A DNA stretch of 63,290 nt, filler included, from Chiloscyllium plagiosum (taxonomy: Eukaryota): assembly GCF_004010195.1 (NCBI RefSeq). It is 5 parts of one record of this genome, joined end to end, with 100 filler letters (N's around TTAATTAATTAA, not from the genome) between each part and the next. Parts side by side here need not be neighbours in the genome. Positions count along the whole stretch, not along the records: positions 1 to 11,089 come from NC_057712.1; positions 11,190 to 40,627 come from NC_057712.1; 3 more parts are not named here. One strand, written 5' to 3'. Below the pieces are notes generated by a model. The model did no database searches. It was not told the origin of the DNA and saw only the letters and a program-made list of their open reading frames with translations. Below, one piece after another: positions 1-11,309 of this stretch. The translations under genes were made by a program, and so were the position numbers. Position 1 is the first letter of the stretch, and every line of letters begins with the position of its first letter.

Positions 1-134
1 GGGTGAATGGGCAGTGACAGTAGGGTTAGTGGGTGAGAGGTTGGGGACAGTGTGGTAAGTGGGTGAGAGGGTGGGGACAGTGTGGTAAGTGGGTGAGGGG
101 GTGGGGACAGTGGGGTAAGTGGGTGAGGGGGTGT
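1..134. repeat. G-rich minisatellite, 30-bp unit, about 4.5 copies
   Basis: GGGTGAGAGGGTGGGGACAGTGTGGTAAGT repeats with a period of 30. Confidence 0.9.
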
Positions 135-659
135 AATTACCATCAGAAGTTAAAACTGCCTCGATAACCCCCCGGAGATCAGTCGATCTGAATCTCCGCA
201 GGGTCCTAGTGAACATCTTCGATTTAATGCACCTGGACAGGTCTTCCTGCAGGACCTTGCTCAGGACAAAGAGTAGCTCAGTTTGACAGCCCAGCCTCAG
301 GGTTGGGAGTTTTTAAGTCTAGATCTCTGGGAAAGGAGCCTGATCTTGTAAGTTTCTTATGGACACCTGGCAGCGTTACCCTTCAATAGCAGCCAATGCT
401 TTAGATGCCATACGAAACTCAGGAATCAATAACATCACATTCAGAAGTTTGGGATGACACCAAACTTTGAGTAAGGAGGCCTGAGGAATGTTATAACCTG
501 GGGTCAAGGCAACTAATGGATGTTAGGGTAGATAATGGTGAGCTGGTCCATTTTAATGGGAAGGAGGGTAATATGAAGTACTTGGATAGTAAGAGTCTAA
601 TGAGAGAGGGAAACAGCAGAATTTAGGGGTACAGGTCACTCCAAGTAGAGCTGCTGGTA

Positions 660-815
660 ACTTTTCCACATTTCTTTCATGGGATGTGGACATCACTGGT
701 TGGGCTAATATCTATTGTGTATTCCTAAGTGCCCTTGGCAATGTAATGTTCAGCCTCTCTCTTGTAGTCCATGAGGGGTTAAGCACACCTATATAGGTGT
801 TAGGATGGGGTTAAG
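660..815 (-). mobile_element. Degenerate 3' end of an L2-like LINE
   Basis: Resembles 30745-31075 (catgggatgtggacatcactggttgggc...) and shares the SINE-like tail. Confidence 0.45.
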
Positions 816-882
816 AACATAAGGGGTATAAAAGGTACTGGGGCTAGCTCCTGGGGGATAGAATTGCAAAGCAAAGGACTTG

Positions 883-1160
883 GATTCCCTACAGTGTGAA
901 AACAGGCCATTCAGTGGGCATTGACCCTATCCCTATGACCTTGAATTTCCCACAGCTAACCCACCTGGCCTGCAGATACCTGGACCACAAGGGCAATTCA
1001 GCATGGCTAATCCACCTAGCCTGCACATCTTTGAACTGTGGGAAGAAACCCATGTAGGCACAGGAAGAATATGCAAACTCTACACAGGCAGTCACCTGAG
1101 GACGGAATCAAACCCAGGTCCCTAGTGCTGTCAGGTAGTAGTGCTAACCATTGAGCCACC
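883..1160 (-). mobile_element. HE1-type tRNA-derived SINE
   Basis: Minus strand begins ggtggctcaatggttagcact...gggtttgattcc (A/B boxes) and ends with the tail ...gttttcacactgtagggaat; homologous to 1710-1950, 27270-27563 and 51604-51920. Confidence 0.8.
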
Positions 1161-1709
1161 TACTTGCATTAATTTGTATTAAATCTATACAGTCTCTTGG
1201 CTAGACCACACTTTGAATACTGTGCACAGCTCTGATCTCTATCTTGCAAATTAAGGGCAATGAAACACTAGAGGAGGGGGAGATGAAACGATTGAAACCA
1301 AAAACAAAAGGTTATCCCTGACAGTGGAGACTGAGTAGGCCCGGGCGCTATCGTCGAAAAGGAACACACTGAGGCAGTGACTTGACAGAGAACACTATGA
1401 GACGGTGAAAGGCTTTACAGAAACACTCAGTCGGTCTGGCAGCATCTGTGAAGAGAGAAACTGACTGTAAGTTCCAGGTCACTGACCAGATAGCAAGGTA
1501 CAATATGTGTCAAGTCCAAAATCAGTGGCTGAATGATTGATGTTAATAGACCCAATTCAGGAGAGACCTCACAAGCCAAAGATTGCAACAATATGGCCTT
1601 TACTACCACAGTTGAAACAAAGAAGACAGACATGCATTTTGCAGGAGGTAGGTAAATGCCTGAGAGAGGAAGAGCACACTGAGGAGGGTTAGCTGATCTC
1701 TGACAATTA

Positions 1710-1950
1710 TAGAATCCTTACAGAGTGGGAGCAGGCTATTCAGCCCATCAAGTCCACCCCAATCAATCCTCTGAAGAGTATCCCACCCACCTACTTACTT
1801 TAACCTGCATTTCCCATACCCAATCAACCTAGCCTACACATCCTTAGACAGCCACAGGAAGAGTGTACAAATTCCACAGTCACCGGAGGCTAGGATCGAA
1901 TCCAGGTCCATGGCCGTGTGAGGCAGCAGTGCTAACCACTGAGCCAGCAT
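1710..1950 (-). mobile_element. HE1-type tRNA-derived SINE
   Basis: Minus strand reads tggctcagtggttagcactgctgcctcac...ggattcgatcc, with the same body and tail as the other copies. Confidence 0.8.
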
Positions 1951-2329
1951 GCCCCTCCCTATGCTGGGGAGTGCGAGAAAGCTTTACTTGGAGCACATAC
2001 CCCATGTGGACCAGACTGGTCTGTCTTGTGCTGTGCGTTTGACGTCAGTCAAAGGTAATCCCCCTTCCTTCATGAAGTTACCTGACAATGAGAAGCAAAT
2101 ATCACTGTTAATTCCTGCCTGTGTTTGTAAACACGTTTTCCATGAGTGCTCACAGATCTGGAGCTGGCACTCAGCTGCTGTCTGTGAGGTTTGGGAATCC
2201 TGCCGATCCATCAGGAACGTCTCCTTCAGTGACATTTAACTAACTTGGCTGTGTAACCTTGATCAGTATTTGATGACTGGTTGAAGCTCACGTCCATATT
2301 AAAGGGACAGTGAGCACATCAAAAACAAC

Positions 2330-3620
2330 ATCTGAGCCACTTACCGTCATGAGGTGAGGTGAGTGAACTGGATAATCCTGAAATGTTTAGTCCGGCTTGG
2401 AGTTCCAATCTCATTCTTTATGACTCTATTCCCCCTCGGTCTCTCTCAACCTGCCTGTGGGTATTACTGTTGGCGACAGTAAAGTTTGCGTTAGCTGGAA
2501 GAACACCTCGTTTTCCGTCTGGGAACTTTACAGCCTTCTGGATTCAACATTGAGTTCAACACTGTAAGGGCTTGAGATACATTCTCCCATGTCTTTCCAC
2601 CAACCCACCATCCCCCCTACACACACATGCACACACANNNNNNNNNNNNNNNNNNNNNNNNNNNNNNNNNNNNNNNNNNNNNNNNNNNNNNNNNNNNNNN
2701 NNNNNNNNNNNNNNNNNNNNNNNNNNNNNNNNNNNNNNNNNNNNNNNNNNNNNNNNNNNNNNNNNNNNNNNNNNNNNNNNNNNNNNNNNNNNNNNNNNNN
2801 NNNNNNNNNNNNNNNNNNNNNNNNNNNNNNNNNNNNNNNNNNNNNNNNNNNNNNNNNNNNNNNNNNNNNNNNNNNNNNNNNNNNNNNNNNNNNNNNNNNN
2901 NNNNNNNNNNNNNNNNNNNNNNNNNNNNNNNNNNNNNNNNNNNNNNNNNNNNNNNNNNNNNNNNNNNNNNNNNNNNNNNNNNNNNNNNNNNNNNNNNNNN
3001 NNNNNNNNNNNNNNNNNNNNNNNNNNNNNNNNNNNNNNNNNNNNNNNNNNNNNNNNNNNNNNNNNNNNNNNNNNNNNNNNNNNNAGACACATACACACGC
3101 ACGCACACACACAGACACACACACGCATGCACACAGACACATGCAGGCACACACACGCACGCACACACAGACACATACGCACACACGCACACACAGACAC
3201 ACGCACTCACAGACACACGCTCACACACAGACGCACGCACACACAGACACACACAAGCACACACACAGACACACACACACACTAGGCCGTGAGCTGTTAC
3301 CACACACAACCCATTATCAGCTAGCAATAGCCTCCATTAGCAGCTGTTGATTCCCACAGAATGATTTTTATCCACTCTGTTATCTGTCCAACTGTTTTTC
3401 TCTCATTTTGGGCTCCATCTCCACCTACCATTTATTCTCCCCACCTCCCCAGTCTTCTGGATAAATACCATCCTTTTCCTCAATCCCATCAGTTCTAAGG
3501 AAGGGTCACATTAACTCTAATTTCTCTCCACAGATGCCACCAAACCTGCTGAGATTTCCCAGCAATTTCTGTTTTTCTGGCCGATTTCCAGCATCCGCAG
3601 TTCATCCCATTCTTGTTTTG
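2330..3620 (+). mobile_element. Degenerate 3' end of a Penelope-like element, split by a CA microsatellite and a gap
   Basis: About 2495-2560 translates LEEHLVFRLGTLQPSGFNIEFN, a PLE endonuclease C-terminal motif; 3490-3610 is a pLTR-type tail ending ccagcatccgcagt. Confidence 0.6.
2619..3282. repeat. Imperfect (CA)n microsatellite spanning an N gap
   Basis: Direct observation. Confidence 0.95.
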
Positions 3621-3849
3621 TTTAGGATGAGGGAGTTGGGAGACTGGAAGATTCAGGCCAATAATCCTTGACCTCAGCCTTGAAACCTTCACTTGACTCA
3701 ACATTTTTGCCGCTGTCAACATTTGCAGCTCTAGACATCCAGTGTGATTTTTGCGGAAAAAAATACTGCCTGATCCCACACCTCCATTGATTAATTCCAA
3801 TCTTAAGATAGTGTCCCTTTGTCATTTCATTGAAAAGTTAAAGAGATAA

Positions 3850-4215
3850 CATTTAGAAGAATGAGTGGAGATCGAATTGAGGGTATGTCAGCTGCTACAG
3901 GGGCTTGACAAAGTAGATGAGGAAAAGATGCGCCCTCATGTGAGGCAATCAAGAATGAGTGGCCACAGTTTGAGGATATGAATTGAATACAGACATGAGG
4001 AGAAATTACTTTTCCCATTGGGTCATGAATCAATGGAATTCACTACCTCAGACTGCAGACTTAAGGAGGAGGTCGACAGATCTTTGATGAGGAATGGGTT
4101 ACGGAGGACGGGCAGGAGAATGGAGTTGAGGCCGAGATGAAATTGGTATTAAATGGCGGAGCAGGCTCGAGGGGCTGAATGGCCTCCTCCTGCTCCTCGG
4201 TCAAATGTTCTTAAA
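3850..4215 (+). mobile_element. Degenerate CR1 LINE 3' end
   Basis: Decayed RT C-terminus followed by the tail aaatggcggagcaggctcgaggggctgaatggcctcctcctgctcct. Confidence 0.65.
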
Positions 4216-4320
4216 GAGCAGCTTACAACATCGAGAGTGTTAAAGGCCCTTGAGGCTTCCTCTCAGCTAACAGGCCCAAGTTTGAGTCCCACCTGCTCCC
4301 AGCGGTGTATAATAACCAGC

Positions 4321-4462
4321 TGATGCTGGAAATCAGAGTTTAGACTAGTGTGGTGCTGGAAAAGCACAGCAGGTCAGGCAGCATCCAAGGAGCAGGAAAA
4401 TCGACGTTTCGGGCAAAGGCCCATCATCAGGAGTGAATTCCAGCACCACTCTAATCTAGACT
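4321..4462 (-). mobile_element. PLE pLTR fragment with a hammerhead-like core and a short inverted end
   Basis: Minus strand reads ctc-CTGATGA-t-GGGC-cttt-GCCC-GAAAC-GTC-gat at 4399-4434; ttccagcaccactctaatcta is inverted relative to the left arm. Confidence 0.75.
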
Positions 4463-4812
4463 GGTGGAAGAATGTATCTAACATCAGCCTCAGACAAGGG
4501 ATTGTGCGACAGAGTCATCATCCACAGTTGCAGAGGGTAGCCCTTGTCTCCCAGTAACCATCCTTGTGAGATATCTGGCATTGATGGTTTGGGGTATTAC
4601 TGCACAGATTAGGACTTTAGAGACTCCAACAAGGAAGCTGAAAGAATACCTCCACACTGACCTTATTGTGATAAATGTAGCTCATACAAATACAGTAGGA
4701 GGTTGTAGGTGCTATATATGACTGATATAATGACTTGTCCCAACCATCTCCAACATCAGCCAAGAAAGATAACACTGCACATAAGATCATGTTGAGGAAT
4801 ACTTAGGTTAGT

Positions 4813-5530
4813 ACATAGAACCTAGAACATTACAGTGCAGTACTGGCCCTTCGGCCCTCAATCTGTGAAACCAATCTGAAGCCCACCTAACCTACCTTAT
4901 TTCATTATCATCCATATGTTTATCCAATGGCCATTTAAATGCCCTTAATGTTGGCGAGTCCACTACTGTTGCAGGCAGGGCATTCCATGCCCCTACTATT
5001 CTCTAAGTAAAGAAACTATCTCTAACATCGGTCCTATATCTATCATCCCTCAATTTAAAGCTATGTCCCCTAGCGCTAGCCATCACCATCTGAGGAAAAA
5101 GGCTCTCACATCCGCCCTATCTAACCCTCTGATTATCTTATACGTCTCAATTAAGTTGTCTCTTAACCTTCTTTTCTCAAACGAAAATCGCCTCAAGTCC
5201 CTCAGCCTTTCCTCACAAGACCTTACCTCCATACCAGGCAACATCCTAGTAACTCTCCTCTGAACCCTTTCCAATGCTTCCACGTCCTTCTATAATGCGG
5301 CGACCAGAACTACACGCAATACTCCAGAGTTTTGTACAGCTGCTACATGACCTTGTAACTCCGAAACTCAATCCCTCTACCAATAAAAGCTAACATACTG
5401 TATGCCTTTTTAACCTATCAACCTGGGTGGCAACTTTCAGGGATCTATACACATGGACACCGAGATCTCTCTCTCTCTCTCATCCACGCTAACAAGAATT
5501 TTGTCTGTAGCCCATTACTCTGTATTCCTT
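4813..5530 (-). mobile_element. CR1 LINE, 5'-truncated (RT C-terminus and 3' tail)
   Basis: ALERVQRRVTRMLPGM...RRLRDNLIETYKIIRGLDR; atagaac-type terminal repeats. Confidence 0.9.
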
Positions 5531-6177
5531 TGTCCCCTAGGGGGATGGTGACCTACTTTCACAATAACCCATCTCCTCCAATGTACAATCACATTCCACC
5601 GCCCTCTCCACCCCATTATGTGTTACATTTCCCTCCCTTCCATATTATTATCTTCTCTGCGTCCCAGGCTGCTGCACCCAGTTTTCTGAATTGACTACCC
5701 CAATGTCCCTACTGCAAGCGGTAGACTCTGGTAACCCTCTCCCCACTATGACATTCATTGAGCTGACCCCCCCAGGCCTCCAATAGTCCACCCCTTACAG
5801 CCTACTTAGGAGGGAGTTCCCGGACTGGTGACTGACCCAGGGCCCTGAATGACATTGACTGAATGGCTGCGAAGGCGCGGACTGATTGCACTATATCTGC
5901 TGGACTGACTAAGGCCCGTTCCAGAGACTGCAGTCATTCTAGCTCCCTGACCCTGACCCCTCCGAGCAATCAACTGTCCGTGCCCAAAGCCCTGGACTGA
6001 TAATGAATTCTGCTACTGACTTACTTCAGCCAGAACCCCTGATTGAAGGCCGTCTCCCTTGGTCTGACTGGACACCAGTAGACCCCAAACTTTCCGACAT
6101 GGTTGATGCAGTGGTCTCTGCCACATACGCTCCTGGCTCAGTAAGATGCACACCCTGTAGCCTGATCACTGTTGACA

Positions 6178-6512
6178 TGCAAGGATTTGCACTATAGGGA
6201 GATGCTGAATAGGCTGGGGCAGTTTTCCCTGGAGCATCAGAGGTTGAGGGGTAACCCTACAGAGGTTTATAAAATCATTTTCGTGCAGAGGGTAGTACGT
6301 GTATGGAATGAGCTGCCAGAGGAAGTGGTGGAGGCTGGTACAATTGCAACCTTTAAAAGGTCTCTTTTGGGTGTATGAATAGGATGGGTTTGGAGGGATA
6401 AGGGCCAAGTGCTGGCAGGTGGGACTAGATTTGGTTGGGCTATCTGGTCAGCATGGACGGGTTGGACCGAAGGGTCTATTTCCATGCTGTACATCTCTAT
6501 GACTCAATGATT
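6178..6512 (+). mobile_element. CR1 LINE 3' fragment with an internal deletion
   Basis: LHYREMLNRLGQFSLEHQRLRG...QRVVRVWNELPEEVVEAGT; ctatga-type tail. Confidence 0.85.
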
Positions 6513-6879
6513 CTATGATAACCTGCCTGGCTTTATGACTTCTCTGTATAAAATGGCGAGGCAATAATGATGTGAGTCTTTAATCTCTGACTGTGGAGGT
6601 GAATCACAAAGGGGTGAGGCACAGATGTGACGGTTGTTGAAATATTTTCCCACTGAGTGAGGTTTAAGACAGTGGGTGGGGAGCCCTGAACAGCTCTGAG
6701 GCTGGGGGCCTGTGTGCATGCAGCATTGTCACAATGAGAGATGTTGCCCTGGTCCGAAATGCTGAAATGGGATGTGGGACTGTATTTTAATTTGGTCAGA
6801 GGTTGGCATGAGGGAGCACGGAAGCTGGGATGTTCCCCATACCAGTGTCCATTGGAGCAAGCAGCTGGGGTGTGCACTG

Positions 6880-7610
6880 ACATAGAGTCATACAGCAAGG
6901 AAACAGACCCTTCGACCCAACTCCTCCATGCCAGCCAGGTTTCCCCGACTGAACTTTGTCCCTTTTGCCAGCATTTGTCCCATATCCCTCTGACCTTTCC
7001 TGTCCATGTACCCATCCAGATGCCTTTTAAATGTTGCATCTACCGCTTCCTCTGGCAGCTCATTCCATACACACACCACCCTCTGTGTAAAAAGGTTGTT
7101 CCTTACGTCATTTTTAAATCTTTCCCCTCTCACCTTAAACCTGTGTCCTCTAGTTTTGGAATCCCTTGCACTGGGGAAAAGATCTTGACTATTTACCTTA
7201 CCTATGCCCGTCGTGATTTTATAAACTTCCTACGCCCCAGCCCCTCCAGTCTCGGTAACATCTTTGTAGATCTTTTCTGCACCCCCTTCCAGTTTAATGA
7301 CATCCTTCCTGTAGCAGGGCGATCAGAATTGTACACAGTATTCCAAAAGAGGCCTAACCTATGTCTTGTACAGCCACAAAATGGCGCCCAGCTCCCATAC
7401 TCAATGCTCTGATCAATGAAGGTAAGTGTGACAAATTCCTTCCTCACCGCTCTGTCTACCTGTGACACCATTTTCAAGGAACTATGTACCTGCGTCCCTA
7501 GGTGTTTCTATTCGCCAACACTCTCCAGGCTCTACCAGTAATTGTACAACTCCTGCCCTGGTTTGCCTTACTAAAATGCAACACCTCACGCTTATCTCAA
7601 TGAAATGCCA
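6880..7610 (-). mobile_element. CR1 LINE 3' fragment
   Basis: GERFKNDVRNNLFTQRVVCVWNELPEE; SQVDRAVRK. Confidence 0.85.
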
Positions 7611-7617
7611 TTTCTTT

Positions 7618-7925
7618 TTATTTTATTCATTCACAGGATGAGGGCATTACTGGCTCGGCCAGCATATATTGCCCACCCCAGAGGGCAGGTCGGAATCAAC
7701 CACATTGCTGTGGATCAGGAGTTACATATAAGGATGGCAGTTTCCTTCCCTGAATGACATTAGTGAACCAGATGGGTTTTTCCAACAATTGGTAATGATT
7801 TCATGGTCATCATTAGGTTCTTGATTGCATATTTTTAAAAAAATGAATTCAAATTCCTACCATCTACCATGGCGGGATTCGAACACAGGTCCCCAGAATA
7901 TTATGCAGCTGTCTGGATTAACAGT
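7618..7925 (-). mobile_element. tRNA-derived SINE with an L2-type tail (SacSINE1-like)
   Basis: Minus strand has a gttcgaatcc B box and ends gggcaatatatgctggcc...gaatgaataaaa; related copy at 55690-56010. Confidence 0.6.
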
Positions 7926-8110
7926 CGAGAGGGTGGTGCTGAAAAAGCACAGCAGGTCAGGCAGCATCCGAGGAACAGGAGAATCGATGCTTTGTGCATG
8001 AATGAAGGGCTTATGCCCGAAATATCGATTCTCCTGCTCCTCGGATGCTGCCTGACCTGCTGTGCTTTTCCAGCACCACATTCTTACACTGATCTCCAGC
8101 ATCTGCAGTC
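7926..8110 (+). mobile_element. Palindromic PLE pLTR-derived insertion
   Basis: Inverted arms at 7933-7988 and 8025-8079 flank a degenerate tgaagggcttatgcccgaaa core; tail gatctccagcatctgcagtc. Confidence 0.75.
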
Positions 8111-8697
8111 ATAGAGTCATAGAGATGTACAGCATGGAAACAGACCCTTCAGTCCAACCCGTCCATGCTGACCAGATATCCCAACCCAATCTAGTCCCAC
8201 CTGCCAGCACCCGGCCCATATCCCTCCAAACCCTTCCTATTCATATACCCATNNNNNNNNNNNNNNNNNNNNNNNNNNNNNNNNNNNNNNNNNNNNNNNN
8301 NNNNNNNNNNNNNNNNNNNNNNNTCAGATCCTCCAACCCTGGCAACATCCTTGTAAATCTTTTCTCATCCCTTTCAAGTTTCACAACATCTTTCCGATAG
8401 GAAGGAGACCAGAATTGCATGCAATATTCCAACAGTGACCTAACCAATGTCCTGTACAGCCGCCACATGACCTCCCACCTCCTGTACTCAATACTCTGAC
8501 TAATAAAAGAAAACATACCAAACGCCTTCTTCACTATCCTATCTACCTGCGACTCCACTTTCAAAGAACTGTGAACCAGCACTCCAAGGTCTCTTTGTTC
8601 AGCAACACTCCCTAGGTCCTTACCATTAAGTGTGTAAGTCCTGTTAAGATTTGCTTTCCCAAAATGCAGCACCTCGCATTTATCTGAATTAAACTCA
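8108..8697 (-). mobile_element. CR1 LINE fragment spanning a small gap
   Basis: FNSDKCEVLHFGK...RDLGVLV...LYRTLVRSLLEYCMQFWSP. Confidence 0.9.
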
Positions 8698-9504
8698 CTT
8701 TCTCCTCTCTCTCTCTCTCCAGCAATAATACCATGAGGCCATCTCTTTCCTGGCATTTGCCACTCCTTGACCTATTGGATGTTGGTGACTGATCCCTGCG
8801 TTGGAGGCTGGCAGGGACTGGAGTCATGAGGTACCCGCTCTGAGTTTCATGCTGGGAATTATTGCTGCATGGTTTCTCTCCAGATACTGGGAGATCAGGA
8901 TACTGTACACCAATAATGATTCGGTAACAATGCAAATAGTTGCAAACCAACCTCTCACTGCTTACCAGCAAATTTCTCGTCTCAACTTGCTTGGAGAATT
9001 GGATCTTTTCTCTCGATGCCGAGAATCTCATTTCCACCCATCTCACCCGATAATCTCGATGACTGGCCGATGCCAATGTTGTTTTAGGTTCTGCCCCCTC
9101 AGTGCTGATGTTTAATAAGTCCCCTGTACACTCCCCAAATCCTTCATGACCTTTCTAAAGTGAGGTGCCTGGAATTGGACATGGTGCTGTGATACAGGAA
9201 AAGGCTGGGATTAATAATGTTTCGAGCTAAAAGCTCTGCTCCAGTCCATTGAGACATATGCTTTTTAGCAGCCTTTTCAACTTGCCTTGCTAAATCTCAG
9301 TATACAAACCCCAGGTCTCTCTGTTCCTGCACCTCTTTTAAAACGTTACCATTCAGTCTATAAGTGGATGTCTCTTGGGTGTCTTCACCAGAAGAAGTTG
9401 TTTTTCCGTATCACATATGCAAATAGTACAAATATACAACTTAGGAGCAGACACAGGATCAAAGCAGCCCCTTCATGCCTGCTTCTCCATTCAATAAAAC
9501 CATG

Positions 9505-9935
9505 TCATACAGTCATAGAGATGTACAGCATGGAAACAGACCCTTCGGTCCAACCCGTCCATGCCGACCAGATATCCCAACCCAATTTAGTCCCACCTGC
9601 CAGCACTTGGCCCATATCCCTCCAAACCCTTCCTATTTATATACCCATCCAAATGCCTCTTAAGTGTTGCAATTGTACCACTTCCTCTGGCAGCTCATTC
9701 CATACACGTACCACCCTCTGTGTGAAAACGTTGCCCTGTAGGTCTCTTTTATATCTTTCCCCTGTCACCCTAAACCTATGCCATCTAGTTCTGGACTCCC
9801 TCACCCCAGGCAAAAGACTTTGCCGATTTATCCTATCCATGCCCCTCATAATTTTGTAAACCTCTATAAGGTCACCCCTCAGCCTCCGACGCTCCAGGGA
9901 AAACAGCCCCGGCCTGTTCAGCCTCTCCCTATAGT
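9505..9935 (-). mobile_element. CR1 LINE 3' fragment
   Basis: YRERLNRPGLFSLERRRLRGDLIEVYKIMRGMDR. Confidence 0.9.
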
Positions 9936-10139
9936 TCAAATCTGTATTATTTTAAATTCCACTTTCCCATCTGCCCCCTAACTAACCTCGATTTCCAAGT
10001 TTAACATCTCTGCTTTAAAAATGCTCACTTCTGAGGCTTCATGAGTCAGAGAGTTCCCAAAAGCATGCAACCCTCTCAGAGAAAAAGGTTCCTCCTCATC
10101 TCTGTCTTGAGATGGCAATCCCAATTTTAAAATGATGGC

Positions 10140-11089
10140 CTCGAGGTTTTCAGGGAGCTCGGTTGGAAGCTCAGAGTTAGAACAAACAGAGTTGTTGTCT
10201 CTGGTTTGTTACCGGTGCCACGTGATAGAGAGTCGGGGAATAGGGAGAGAGAACAGTTAAATGCGTGGCTACAGGGATGGTGCGGGAGGTTTGCTAGTGC
10301 TCTTGTGGGGGGGTTTAAACTAACTCTGCAGGGGCATGGGAACCTAGATTGTAGCTTTAGGGTGCAGGACCTGGAGTGTAGGGAGGTTAGGAACATGGCA
10401 TCAATCTCAAAGGAGGGTGACTGTAAACAGGAAAGTGGCTTGAAGTGTGTATACTTCAATGCAAGAAGTATACGAAATAAGGTAGGTGAACTTGCAGCGT
10501 GGGTTGGTACCTGGGATTTTGATGTTGTGGCTATTACGGAGACATAGGTAGAACAGGGACAGGATTGGCTGTTGCAGGTTCCAGGGTTTAAATGTTTTAG
10601 TAGGGTCAGAGGTGGGGGTAAAAGAGGGGAAGGTGTGGCATTGCTTGTCAAAGATAGTATTACAGCTGTGGAAAGGACGATGGATGAAGACTCGCCATCT
10701 GAGGTAGTTTGGGCTGAAGTTAGGAATAGGAAAGGTGAGCTCACCCTGTTAGAAGTTTTTTACAGGCCTCCTAATAGTCCACGAAACGCAGAAGAAAGGA
10801 TTGCGAGGATGATTCAAGAGAAGAGTGAAAGTAATAGAGTGGTTGTTATGGGGGACTTTAACTTTCCTGATATTAATTGGGAAAGCTATAGCTCAAGTTC
10901 GTTAGATGGGTCAGTGTTTGTCCAATGTGTGCAGGAGGGTTTCCTGACACAATATGTAGATAGGCCAACAAGAAGTGAGGCCATACTGGATTTGGTTCTG
11001 GGTAATGAACCAGGCCAGGTGTTAGAATTAGAGGTAGGTGAGCACTTTGGGGATAGTGACCACAATTCGGTGACTTTTACTCGAGTGAT
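10140..11089 (+). mobile_element. CR1 LINE internal piece: ORF1 C-terminus (SGNH esterase-like) and ORF2 AP endonuclease
   Basis: VVSGLLPVPR...QLNAWLQGWC; YFNARSIRNK...VAITET; YRPPN; MGDFNFPDINW; ILDLVL; SDHNSV. Confidence 0.9.
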
Positions 11090-11189
11090 NNNNNNNNNNN
11101 NNNNNNNNNNNNNNNNNNNNNNNNNNNNNNNNNTTAATTAATTAANNNNNNNNNNNNNNNNNNNNNNNNNNNNNNNNNNNNNNNNNNNN

Positions 11190-11309
11190 CAGTTCGCTTG
11201 GCACACCAGCCTCATTCCTGAAGAAGGGCTTATGCCTGAAACGTCGATTCTCCTACTCCTCGGATGCTGCCTGGCCTGCTGTGCTTTTCCAGCACCATAC
11301 TTTTCAACA
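11190..11309 (+). mobile_element. PLE pLTR 3' piece with a hammerhead-like core
   Basis: attc-CTGAAGA-a-GGGC-ttat-GCCT-GAAAC-GTC-gatt at 11214-11250. Confidence 0.75.

Noticed and set aside
1..134. Functional G-quadruplex role for the G-rich minisatellites (also 58869-58993)
   Set aside because: G-runs are present, but nothing in the sequence indicates function.
2340..2565. Minus-strand exon suggested by a GTAAGT donor
   Set aside because: The region is better explained as a plus-strand PLE endonuclease C-terminus, and the longer candidate exon has stops in all frames.
2528..3350. His/Thr-rich and Cys/Val-rich ORFs
   Set aside because: Translations of a CA microsatellite plus Ns.
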